Assembly: GCA_001889965.1 (NCBI GenBank)
Contig: MOEI01000028.1
Coordinates: forward strand, 1-63,724
Source of the DNA: a bacterium CG10_46_32
GTDB lineage: Bacteria; Patescibacteriota; Patescibacteriia; UBA2169
Direction of reading: 5' to 3'
Length of the DNA stretch: 63,724 bases
Under the pieces are notes generated by a model. That model did not search any database, had not been told where the DNA came from, and saw nothing but the letters and a program-made list of their open reading frames with translations. Shown piece after piece: positions 44,291 through 53,131 of this stretch. The position numbers and the translations under genes are program-made. Numbering within the stretch: the stretch's first letter is position 1; each line of letters starts with the position of its first letter.

Positions 44291-44385
44291 GGTGGCATAC
44301 GTACTCACGATTTAGCGGGACCCCCCGCTTGGCCGAGACGTAACTCAGCCAAGCGTACCCGATAATCGTTCGTACGTATGCCACC
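44291..44385. other. 95-nt extended imperfect hairpin (candidate structured RNA or DNA palindrome)
   Basis: Helices of 14 bp (GGTGGCATACGTAC/GTACGTATGCCACC), 6 bp (ACGATT/AATCGT), 4 bp (CGGG/CCCG) and 8 bp (CGCTTGGC/GCCAAGCG) around a 14-nt loop. Confidence 0.7.
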
Positions 44386-44407
44386 ATATTTCATACTATA
44401 ATCGCCT

Positions 44408-44647
44408 ATGGAAAAAATACATTTTATAAGAGAAGCAAAACACTCAACCCACGCACTGGCGTGGCAACTTGTTGGGCAGGGGATTGTTATGATTTTTTTG
44501 GGTATAGTTATTATACTGTACCCACAGCTTTTAATTTTATTTTTCGCGTTCGCCTTTATACTTATTGGTTTAAGTTCACTTGTGGTTGCATATAAAATTC
44601 GTAGATTTGCGAAAAAATTTGATACTTTTTTCGATTTTTTTGGATAG
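44408..44647 (+). CDS. Small two-TM membrane protein (HdeD/DUF308-like)
   Basis: 79 aa with two long hydrophobic helices. A TATAAT box at about 44395 lies upstream. Confidence 0.6.
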   Translation: MEKIHFIREAKHSTHALAWQLVGQGIVMIFLGIVIILYPQLLILFFAFAFILIGLSSLVVAYKIRRFAKKFDTFFDFFG

Positions 44648-44704
44648 CTTGATGAGGTTAAGTGATGGTGATATAATGACATCCCGAAAGATGTCATTAT
44701 TTGT

Positions 44705-45643
44705 ATGATTCAAGTTCAAAACCTAACTAAAACCTATGGCGCCACGCGCGCTTTGGAAAATGTAAATTTTCAGGTGTGTCCCGGCGAAGTTCTTGGTTTT
44801 TTAGGGCCGAATGGAGCTGGGAAATCCACAACCATGAAAATTATCACAGGGTTTATTTCTCCAAGTGCGGGAACGGTGAAAGTAGGTGATTTAGACGTTG
44901 TGGATAACTCATTCGAGATCAGGCAGAAGCTTGGGTATTTGGCGGAAACAAACCCTTTGTACACAGATATGAAAGTGCATGAGTATTTGCGGTTTGTAGC
45001 GGCAGCTCGGCATATTCCATCATCAGAGCGATCAAACGCGATAAAGGCGATGGTGCAGGTCTGTGGATTGTTTGCTGTGGTTGGAAAATCAATTGATGCC
45101 CTTTCTAAGGGATTTAGGCAGCGCGTTGGGTTAGCGCAAGCAATGATTCATAATCCCGATATCCTGATACTTGATGAGCCCACAAGCGGCCTTGATCCTA
45201 ATCAAATTGTGGAAATTCGGGATCTTATCCGATCTATTGGAAAAGAAAAAACCATAATTCTTTCCACGCATATACTGCCAGAAGTGGCTGCTACGTGCTC
45301 GCGCGTGGTTATTATTAATAATGGCACTATTGTAGCCCAAGGAACGCCAGACGAACTAATGCGAGGATCAAGCCGCGAGGTAGTGTACATTAAAATAAAG
45401 GGCGACCGAGGAATCATTCGACAGACGCTCTCGGAGTATCATGCATTGGGCGCAATTAAACAGTATGCACCCGAGGGCAGAGATATTCACGCTTTTGCAG
45501 TTGAGATTAAAGAAGGAGATGGCCGTGAATTACTATTTAAAGCCGCAGTATCTAATAAATGGACATTAATAGAAATGTACCGGAAGAGCGAGAATTTGGA
45601 AGATGTATTTCGAAGATTAACCACAAAGGAGAATGGTGTATAG
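44705..45643 (+). CDS. ABC transporter ATP-binding protein (ABC-2/GldA-like)
   Basis: GPNGAGKST Walker A, LSKGFRQR signature, ILILDEPTSGLD Walker B. Confidence 0.93.
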   Translation: MIQVQNLTKTYGATRALENVNFQVCPGEVLGFLGPNGAGKSTTMKIITGFISPSAGTVKVGDLDVVDNSFEIRQKLGYLAETNPLYTDMKVHEYLRFVAAARHIPSSERSNAIKAMVQVCGLFAVVGKSIDALSKGFRQRVGLAQAMIHNPDILILDEPTSGLDPNQIVEIRDLIRSIGKEKTIILSTHILPEVAATCSRVVIINNGTIVAQGTPDELMRGSSREVVYIKIKGDRGIIRQTLSEYHALGAIKQYAPEGRDIHAFAVEIKEGDGRELLFKAAVSNKWTLIEMYRKSENLEDVFRRLTTKENGV

Positions 45644-45690
45644 CGCGCGATCCAGTTAATTGAAAATATCCTAAAAAATAGGTTGGGTTC

Positions 45691-46443
45691 ATGCATGATA
45701 TGAAGTATTCAAATATACAATCAAGCATTGCGAATATTCGTCCCTTGCTTGCGCGGGAGTTTGTGTCGTATTTTAATTCTCCCATTGCGTATGTATTTGC
45801 GGCCGTGTTTTTAGTGGTTACGAACTGGATTTTTTTTCAGCAGTTTTTTTTGATAAACCAAGCGCTGATGCGCGACTGGTTTGGATTTTTGCCATGGGTA
45901 TTTTTGTTTCTTGCCCCAGCTATTACTATGCGCAGCTGGGCTGAGGAGAAGAAGAGTAATACTATTGAATTCTTGCTTACGCTTCCTATCAAAGATTCAG
46001 AAGTGGTGATTGCTAAGTTTTTTTCATCTTTTTTCTTTTTGGCGATTGTTCTTGGTTTGAGCCTTGCATTGCCTATTGCTATCGGACGTTTGGGGGATGT
46101 GGATAGTGGCGTAGTGGTTGCTGGATATGTAGGAGCATTGCTTTTGGGCGGGCTGTATCTTTCGATTGGGCTTCTTATTTCATCATTTACTCGAAACCAG
46201 ATTGTGGCATTCCTGTTAAGCCTTTGCGCGATGTTTGTTTTGTACATTGTAGGATCTGGTGTTGTGTTATTATTTTTACAAGGACCTATTGCTGGTGTAT
46301 TGCAATATATCTCTGCTGCAACGCACTTTTCGAGTATGAGTCGTGGTGTTTTTGATACCCGCGATATTGTGTACTATATTTCGTTTACTCTATTTTTTCT
46401 GTATCTTAATACCGAATCAATCGGATCAAGGAAATGGCGGTAA
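45691..46443 (+). CDS. ABC-2-type permease (GldF-like)
   Basis: 250 aa, six hydrophobic helices, directly after the ATPase gene. Confidence 0.85.
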   Translation: MHDMKYSNIQSSIANIRPLLAREFVSYFNSPIAYVFAAVFLVVTNWIFFQQFFLINQALMRDWFGFLPWVFLFLAPAITMRSWAEEKKSNTIEFLLTLPIKDSEVVIAKFFSSFFFLAIVLGLSLALPIAIGRLGDVDSGVVVAGYVGALLLGGLYLSIGLLISSFTRNQIVAFLLSLCAMFVLYIVGSGVVLLFLQGPIAGVLQYISAATHFSSMSRGVFDTRDIVYYISFTLFFLYLNTESIGSRKWR

Positions 46444-46446
46444 GAT

Positions 46447-48048
46447 ATGCTGAAATCAAAAAAACAACGTAATGCTGTAAACGCGATTCTTATGATGGTT
46501 TTTGTTTTTGCAGTAGTGTTGGTGTTGAATCTTTTTTCTACACAGTTTTTTATGCGATTTGACGTAACTGAAAATAATAATTACAGCATTTCAAGCGCTA
46601 CAAAAACAATGCTAAAGAATGTAGATGACACAGTGACTATTACAGCCTACTTTACGCGGGAGTTGCCCGGGTATCTATTGGTTCGCAACCAAGAGGTGAA
46701 AGACATGCTCACTGAGTTTGAAGCAGTTTCAAATGGAAAGGTAAGCGTTTCATTTTTAGACCCAAGCACAGATACGGATGTTGAAAAAGATGCCCAAGAA
46801 ATTGGCATTCCAACGTTGCAGTTTAATGTTGTCGAAAAAGACGCATTCCAAGTAACCAATGGCTATCTGGGTATTGTTGTGCAATACGGGGACGCTAAAG
46901 AAATTATTCCCTTTGTTCAAGATAGCGCATCATTAGAATATGATATAGCGGTTATTGTAAATCGCATAACTCGCGAGAAAGTTCCAATGGTTGGCATTGC
47001 CAATCTGTCTGGCGCAAGTATTCTCGTAGCGCACGATGTATTGGAGCGACAGTATGCATTGCAGGATATTTTATTGAGTGACGGGAACCTTATTCCGGAT
47101 GATGTTGATGCGCTGATAGTTTTTAGCTCGACTGATTCTTTATCGAGTCGCAGCCAGTATGTTTTGGATCAGTTTTTGATGCGAGGCGGGAGTATGCTCA
47201 TGCTTGCCGAAGGCACACGTATTAACTGGGATACGCTTACCGCCGAAACATTGGATTCTAGTATTTTTGATTTACTTGGGCAGTGGGGCGTTCGTTTACA
47301 TAAAAATTTGGTCCTTGATGCAAGTAATGAGTTTGCCGGATTTCGCACGGATCAAACTCAATTTTTTGTGCCATACCCGTTTTGGGTAAAAACGCAGCGC
47401 GATGGATTTAATCCTGATTCTGGCATCGTCAACAAGCTTGAGTCTGCGGTGTTTCCGTGGGTTTCAAGTGTGGCAGTATTAGACACTACCCTCACCGACG
47501 CCACCGAGTATATTGATTTAGTGCGTACCACAAACCATGCATGGGAGCTGGACAAAGATTGGCAATTAAATCCTCAAATGATTCAGCCTCCTTTGGAAGA
47601 TACTTTTAAGTCGTATGTGCTTGCGCTTATGCTTTCCGGACATTTTGAAAGTTTCTTTAGCAAAGAGACTATTCCCGGAAGGACAGTTGATGATGGAGGA
47701 TCTCAGGCTAGTAATACTGTTCCAAAAGAAGACCAAGAAAATTTTCTTGCTTCAACCGAACAAGGGCGCCTTATTGTGGTGGGGGATATTGATTTTGCAG
47801 TTGATGCAAATATAAATCGTTTTTCAGCAAACAAAATTCTTTTTTCTAACATGGTTGATGCCTTGGCTTCCGATGATGCCCTCATTGCCATTCGTTCTAA
47901 ATCTATTACCGATCGGCCCTTGCAAACACTTACAGATTCACAAAAGAGTTGGATTCGTTGGGGTACTATTTTTGGCGTTCCTATACTCTTTTCGCTTTAC
48001 GGATTAGTTCGTTTTATTCGACGTCGAAATCAAACTAATCCTTTTTAG
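46447..48048 (+). CDS. GldG-like ABC-transporter auxiliary protein
   Basis: 533 aa with N- and C-terminal TM anchors and a large external domain. The ATPase, ABC-2 permease, GldG-like order matches GldA/F/G-type operons. Confidence 0.75.
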   Translation: MLKSKKQRNAVNAILMMVFVFAVVLVLNLFSTQFFMRFDVTENNNYSISSATKTMLKNVDDTVTITAYFTRELPGYLLVRNQEVKDMLTEFEAVSNGKVSVSFLDPSTDTDVEKDAQEIGIPTLQFNVVEKDAFQVTNGYLGIVVQYGDAKEIIPFVQDSASLEYDIAVIVNRITREKVPMVGIANLSGASILVAHDVLERQYALQDILLSDGNLIPDDVDALIVFSSTDSLSSRSQYVLDQFLMRGGSMLMLAEGTRINWDTLTAETLDSSIFDLLGQWGVRLHKNLVLDASNEFAGFRTDQTQFFVPYPFWVKTQRDGFNPDSGIVNKLESAVFPWVSSVAVLDTTLTDATEYIDLVRTTNHAWELDKDWQLNPQMIQPPLEDTFKSYVLALMLSGHFESFFSKETIPGRTVDDGGSQASNTVPKEDQENFLASTEQGRLIVVGDIDFAVDANINRFSANKILFSNMVDALASDDALIAIRSKSITDRPLQTLTDSQKSWIRWGTIFGVPILFSLYGLVRFIRRRNQTNPF

Positions 48049-48085
48049 TATTGGCGATTTTTAATAAGCGTGATAGTATCAACAT

Positions 48086-48286
48086 ATGATAAAATATATT
48101 TGGTTTACTGTTATTTTGATCGGCGTTGTGCTTGCACTTGCATTTAAACAAGCGCCGCACGAACCCGAAGTTACCCGCCCAATGCAAGAATCTTTCCAAG
48201 ATGTAGTGGCCGTACCCGACGAAAGCACGCCTGCTGTTTCGGATTCTGCAGAAGGAGCAACTGCTGAACCTCTTAATACTAATTAA
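48086..48286 (+). CDS. Small membrane-anchored protein
   Basis: 66 aa with an N-terminal TM helix and an acidic tail. Confidence 0.5.
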   Translation: MIKYIWFTVILIGVVLALAFKQAPHEPEVTRPMQESFQDVVAVPDESTPAVSDSAEGATAEPLNTN

Positions 48287-48295
48287 GTTTTAACT

Positions 48296-48988
48296 ATGAA
48301 AAAAACAAAACTGTTTTTACTGCTTATGGCAGTTTCGCTTTTTGGGCTTTCGTGTGGATCAAAAGCTCCCATTGCCGCGCCAGTCACCAATCAGCCACTA
48401 GCAGAAATAATTCCTATGGATACTACACCTGTAAATACCACGCCGGAGAATAGTGAACCAGTTGCTAATCCAGTTGTTGTGCTCAAAACTTCTTTGGGAG
48501 ATATTTCAATTGAACTTTTTATGGATCGCGCTCCTATTACCGCGGGAAACTTTCTTGCGCTTGCAAAAGATAACTTTTACGACGGAGTCACTTTTCACCG
48601 CGTAATTCCTGGCTTTATGATCCAAGGGGGAGATCCACTATCAAAAGATGCTGATCCTACAAACGACGGCAAAGGCGGACCTGGATACTTTATCAAAGAT
48701 GAATTCTACGAAGGGTCATCCAACGTGGCTGGAACCATTGCTATGGCAAACGCGGGTGCGGGAACTGGTGGATCGCAGTTTTTTATCAACATCGGGGATA
48801 ATACGTTTTTAGATTATGACAAAGAGCCCGCAAGCTCCAAGCACCCAGTGTTCGGCCGCATCACCGCTGGTATGGACGTTCTGGCTGCTATCTCGGCAGT
48901 TGACCGTGATTCACACGACCGTCCACTTGAAAACGTTACCATTCAGGATGTTATTATTTCGGATGACAGCGTTTCTGTTGTCGAATAG
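48296..48988 (+). CDS. Cyclophilin-type peptidyl-prolyl isomerase, lipoprotein
   Basis: Lipobox-like LFGLSCGS. FHRVIPGFMIQGGDP and GTIAMANAG...GSQFFI cyclophilin motifs. Confidence 0.92.
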   Translation: MKKTKLFLLLMAVSLFGLSCGSKAPIAAPVTNQPLAEIIPMDTTPVNTTPENSEPVANPVVVLKTSLGDISIELFMDRAPITAGNFLALAKDNFYDGVTFHRVIPGFMIQGGDPLSKDADPTNDGKGGPGYFIKDEFYEGSSNVAGTIAMANAGAGTGGSQFFINIGDNTFLDYDKEPASSKHPVFGRITAGMDVLAAISAVDRDSHDRPLENVTIQDVIISDDSVSVVE

Positions 48989-49012
48989 TTAAAAATATAG
49001 TATACTATCTGC

Positions 49013-50206
49013 ATGTTGAAGCTTGTTCAGACCATGGCAGTAGTTGGTATGTTTCTGCTGGTGCCGGCAGCGGCGCACGCAGCTGATTTGGTGTTGCCAA
49101 AAGAAAATGTTTATTTTTCAAATAATAAACCATTATCTGGTGAAGTAGTTCGCATCTACGCCACTGTGGCTAACGCAAGCCAGAATGATGTCCGCGCGCG
49201 GGTTCGATTTTCTGTGAGCGGAGTGCAGGTAGGTGAAGTACAGCCTATCACTGTTTTAGCGGCAAAATCATCTACCGTGTTTGTGGATTGGACGCCTTCT
49301 GAGGGCTACTATCCTATTGAAGTTTCTGTGATTAATCCTGATATTGGTGATGAGAATCAAGATAATAATACCGCGAACATGGTAGATTTTATTGTTGATC
49401 TTGATACAGATTCCGATGGCATTTTTGATAGTATTGATATGGATGATGATAACGATGGCGTGGAAGACGGGCTTGAACGCATCAAAGGTTCAAATCCTTT
49501 AAAAACAGACACTGATGGCGATGGCGTAAATGACGGAGTGGATGAATTTCCAAATGATCCAGCTGAGAAATACGATAACGACAAAGATGGCATCGGCAAC
49601 AACACTGATCCTGATAATGATAATGACGGCGTATTAAATGGCGATGATCCAGCGCCTTTTGACCCTCTTATATCTCGCAAAGAAAGTCCTCCAGAACCTA
49701 AAAAATCTAAGCCTGTAGCTACGCCAGAAAAAATAGTAGCAGCAGAGCCCCTACCTGCTCCCGTGCCTGAGCCTGAACAGCCTCAAGAGCCGGAATATAC
49801 CATAGAGGATGTTACGTATACATTCCCCAATGCAGATGAAGCAGTATATACGATTGATGTTTCTATTGCTAAAAGCAGAACAAGTTGGAATACGTATGCA
49901 TTTGATGTCCTCGGTGGTGATCCTACTTTTTTATATCTTTGGGATTTCGGGGATGGAAACTATGCTCAAAATATTGATACTACGCATACATTTCCTGGAA
50001 GTGGAGAATATAGCGTAACACTGTCAGTGACAGATGCTGCAGGAGGATTAGGAACAGCCACAGAACATATCAGCATCGGATTTTGGAATATCGGCAATTT
50101 CACGCTTAAGCTTGTCGTGGGCGTACTTTCTTTGTTTGGGGTTGTACTTGCCGGCTATTTAATACGGCAGACTTTTTTTGAAAGAAAAAAACCCAGTGTA
50201 TCATGA
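49013..50206 (+). CDS. Surface protein with thrombospondin-type-3 Ca-binding repeats, PKD domain and C-terminal TM anchor
   Basis: Signal peptide. DTDSDGIFDSIDMDDDNDGVEDG / DTDGDGVNDGVDEFPNDP repeats, a Pro-rich linker, and WDFGDG...HTFPGSGEYSVTLSVTDAAG (PKD). Confidence 0.85.
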   Translation: MLKLVQTMAVVGMFLLVPAAAHAADLVLPKENVYFSNNKPLSGEVVRIYATVANASQNDVRARVRFSVSGVQVGEVQPITVLAAKSSTVFVDWTPSEGYYPIEVSVINPDIGDENQDNNTANMVDFIVDLDTDSDGIFDSIDMDDDNDGVEDGLERIKGSNPLKTDTDGDGVNDGVDEFPNDPAEKYDNDKDGIGNNTDPDNDNDGVLNGDDPAPFDPLISRKESPPEPKKSKPVATPEKIVAAEPLPAPVPEPEQPQEPEYTIEDVTYTFPNADEAVYTIDVSIAKSRTSWNTYAFDVLGGDPTFLYLWDFGDGNYAQNIDTTHTFPGSGEYSVTLSVTDAAGGLGTATEHISIGFWNIGNFTLKLVVGVLSLFGVVLAGYLIRQTFFERKKPSVS

Positions 50207-51117
50207 AAATCATAACGCATAAAAAAGTAACGTGGCATTATTTCGAAGAAAATAACGACGACGCGGTTAAGAAGCTTGAAAAAGATTTTGCGTTTCATCA
50301 GCTTGATATTGAAGACGTGAGTAGTGGTCCGCAGCAGCCAAAAACTGATTTTTACAAAGACTATTTGTTTGCAATTTTTCATTTTCCTGGTTACCACAAA
50401 GAAGAAGGGCGCGTGAGTGTATTTGAGCTTGACGTGTTTCTTTCTGAGGATTACCTGATTACGGTCTGTAAAGGAGAAAATAGTCGACTGCGGGATGTGT
50501 ATCAACACATCAATTCAGATGATGAATATCGCGAGGATATGATGGGTCAAGGAGCGGGATTTTTTCTTTATAAACTACTTGATATTCTTACGGAAGACAG
50601 TTGGGGTGTGATTCGCAAAATTAGCAGCCAGATGAATGACATTGAAGAGGAGATTTATAGCGAGGAAACAACGAAGGGTACCGTATGGAGGATTGCGCTC
50701 ACTAGGCGTAACCTTATCCGATTGCGCCGCATTTTAAATCCTCAGCTTGTGGTGCTTGCTTCGCTCGTTTCTGTGGATAAACCATATCTTAAAAAATCAT
50801 TATCCTTATATTACGACGATATTCAAGATACACTTAATCGATTACAGGCCATTACTGTTGGTAATGTAGAAGTAATGAACACCTTGCATAATGTGAATGA
50901 ATCATTGATTTCTCAGCGCACCAACAGCGTAATCAAGCTTCTGACCGTGATTTCGGTTTCTCTTCTGCCGATGACGCTATTAACTGGTTTTTACGGCATG
51001 AATGTTGCGGAATTGCCTTTTGCAAGCCATCCAAATTTTGTCTGGATGATTTTTGGCGCTTTATTTTTGATTATTTTTATGGCGCTTGTTATTTTTAGAC
51101 GAAAAGACTGGGTATGA
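50203..51117 (+). CDS. corA: CorA-family Mg2+/Co2+ transporter
   Basis: 304 aa. C-terminal FYGMNV (GMN motif) between two TM helices. Confidence 0.9.
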   Translation: MKIITHKKVTWHYFEENNDDAVKKLEKDFAFHQLDIEDVSSGPQQPKTDFYKDYLFAIFHFPGYHKEEGRVSVFELDVFLSEDYLITVCKGENSRLRDVYQHINSDDEYREDMMGQGAGFFLYKLLDILTEDSWGVIRKISSQMNDIEEEIYSEETTKGTVWRIALTRRNLIRLRRILNPQLVVLASLVSVDKPYLKKSLSLYYDDIQDTLNRLQAITVGNVEVMNTLHNVNESLISQRTNSVIKLLTVISVSLLPMTLLTGFYGMNVAELPFASHPNFVWMIFGALFLIIFMALVIFRRKDWV

Positions 51118-52124
51118 AGTACGATATTGTAACTATTGGTTCTGCGGTGAAGGACACATTTTTGTTTTTAGATTCGGCAGACGCGCCTGTGATTGCAAAT
51201 CCTTCCGGTGATGCAAGGCGCCAAAAATTGATTGCGCTTGAATACGGCGCAAAGATTGATGTTGCGCGTTCGATTCGAACTCTTGGTGGCGGCGGAATAA
51301 ATACTGCGGTTACTTTTGCACGTTTTGGGCTTACAAGCGCTGCCGTAGTTTCTATAGGATCAGACGAAGATGGTGGTGCTATTACAGAAACATTGCGTAG
51401 GGAAGGCATTGGTCGTGCCTTCGTAGTCCGCGACCCAAAGCGCTCCACAGGATTTTCCGTGCTTATTGTTGCAGGAGAAAAAAAACGTGATCGAGTGGTG
51501 CTCACTGAGCGCGGTGCAAGTAGTATGAATAATTTTTCAGCCACGAGCAACGGAATTACCAAAACAAAATGGTACTATACTTCTGCAATGACGGGGAAAA
51601 ATTGGAAAGGCGAGGTTTCTGATATCAAGAGCGCTGCATCAAAGCATGGAATTAGTTGGGCGTGGAACCCTGGTTCAGTCCAGCTTTCGGCAGGACTTTC
51701 TGTTCTTTCGGGATATATGAAATTTTGTTCTGTGTTCATTGTAAATCGAGACGAAGCGCTTGAGCTCACTCGAGCCAAAAACGATATTAAAACGCTTCTT
51801 TCTAAATTACTCCAAACCAACGCAAGCCGCGTGATTATCAGCGACGGAATCAATGGTGTATACTACGGGGATACTGAATGCATGATACATATGTCAGCTA
51901 ATAAATCCATTAAAGCGGTGGAGGCAACTGGCGCGGGAGATGCTTTTGGATCTGGATTTGTAGCTGGCTTAATTGAAAAAAATGACGTCCCCTATGCCTT
52001 GGATTTAGGTATTACAAATTCAGAGTCAGTAATTTGCAAAATCGGAGCCCAAGACGGAATTTTGAAAAAAGGTGATATTGCGGTTGCGCTTAAAAAAAGT
52101 AAACACCAATTACATTATGTCTAA
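51114..52124 (+). CDS. PfkB-family carbohydrate kinase
   Basis: GGGGINTAVTFARFG and ATGAGDAFGSGFVAG PfkB signatures. Confidence 0.88.
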   Translation: MKYDIVTIGSAVKDTFLFLDSADAPVIANPSGDARRQKLIALEYGAKIDVARSIRTLGGGGINTAVTFARFGLTSAAVVSIGSDEDGGAITETLRREGIGRAFVVRDPKRSTGFSVLIVAGEKKRDRVVLTERGASSMNNFSATSNGITKTKWYYTSAMTGKNWKGEVSDIKSAASKHGISWAWNPGSVQLSAGLSVLSGYMKFCSVFIVNRDEALELTRAKNDIKTLLSKLLQTNASRVIISDGINGVYYGDTECMIHMSANKSIKAVEATGAGDAFGSGFVAGLIEKNDVPYALDLGITNSESVICKIGAQDGILKKGDIAVALKKSKHQLHYV

Positions 52125-52398
52125 ACGCAGATTGAGATTAGAAATTTTAGAAAAAATGGCTCAGTTGGCAACTGCAGGGTTTGGGTTGGTTGCAGCGCTC
52201 GCCTGGAACAGCGCCATTCAGGATTTGTTTAAAAAAGTCAATGTATTTGGTTCGCCCGACGGGCTTGTGGTTAAGTTTGTGTACGCTGCTGTGGTTACTA
52301 TTATTGTAGTATTTGTGACTATTACCATTGGTCGCTCCATTAATAAATTAAAAGATCAATTAGGTATTGTTCCTGAAGGCGATCAAGATAAAAAATAA
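52117..52398 (+). CDS. DUF5654-like small membrane protein
   Basis: MSKRRLRLEILEKMAQLATAGFGLVAALAWNSAIQDLF plus a second helix. The start was moved to the ATG overlapping the upstream stop. Confidence 0.65.
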   Translation: MSKRRLRLEILEKMAQLATAGFGLVAALAWNSAIQDLFKKVNVFGSPDGLVVKFVYAAVVTIIVVFVTITIGRSINKLKDQLGIVPEGDQDKK

Positions 52399-52408
52399 GA
52401 ATTACAAT

Positions 52409-53131
52409 ATGTCTATGACACATTTTTCAACCAACGAAGCCGTCTCCTTTGGGTGGCGCACTGCCAAACAGCGTTTTTGGTTTTTTTTGCAGGTTATTCT
52501 TGTTATGGCCGTTGTTATATATGGGCCAAGCCTTATTATGCAGAGTTTTAAAAATATTGAGCTGCCAACGATTGTTACTGTGTTTTTTTTCTTTGCCGGA
52601 ATCGTATTTTGGGTCATTCAAGCTTTTATGTCTATTGGGTTGATTCGGGTTGTGCTAGCGCATGTTGATGGCCACGAAGCGCATATCAGTGATTTGTTTA
52701 CCGGTGGTAGGTTTTTAGTTAAGTATATTGTAAATGTCTTTTTGATGGCACTATTTGTGTGGGTTGCGATTGCTTTTGTTGGCGCTTTATATTTATTTGT
52801 TTTTACTGTGTTACCTAAATTTCTATTTTTTCTCCTTATTCTGGTAGGAACTCCTTTCTTATTTGTGTTTGGTATTATTTACGCAGTACGCCTCCAGTTT
52901 GCGCCATATCTGGTTATAGATAAGAATCTGGGCCCACTTATTGCGATCAAGGAGAGCTGGAATATTACTCGGGGTATGTTCTGGGATTTGGTTGTACTTG
53001 CGCTTATATTGCTTGCCATAAACCTCTTAGGGATTGTTGCGCTTGGTGTTGGTCTACTATGGAGTATTCCTACATCGCTTTTAGTTTTTGGATTTGTATA
53101 TCGGAAGCTTTCAACAAGAGTTCATGCGTAA
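52409..53131 (+). CDS. Polytopic membrane protein, unknown function
   Basis: ~240 aa with five to six hydrophobic helices. ATG at 52409, after an AT-rich spacer. Confidence 0.7.
   Translation: MSMTHFSTNEAVSFGWRTAKQRFWFFLQVILVMAVVIYGPSLIMQSFKNIELPTIVTVFFFFAGIVFWVIQAFMSIGLIRVVLAHVDGHEAHISDLFTGGRFLVKYIVNVFLMALFVWVAIAFVGALYLFVFTVLPKFLFFLLILVGTPFLFVFGIIYAVRLQFAPYLVIDKNLGPLIAIKESWNITRGMFWDLVVLALILLAINLLGIVALGVGLLWSIPTSLLVFGFVYRKLSTRVHA

Noticed and set aside
44291-44385. tRNA, tmRNA or SRP (4.5S) RNA identity for the long hairpin
   Set aside because: It has no D, anticodon or T arms and no GTTCGAATC-like T loop. It also lacks the SRP domain IV motifs (GGAA tetraloop with the flanking AGCA/GNAR loops). 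The acceptor-like ends are part of one continuous 14-bp helix.
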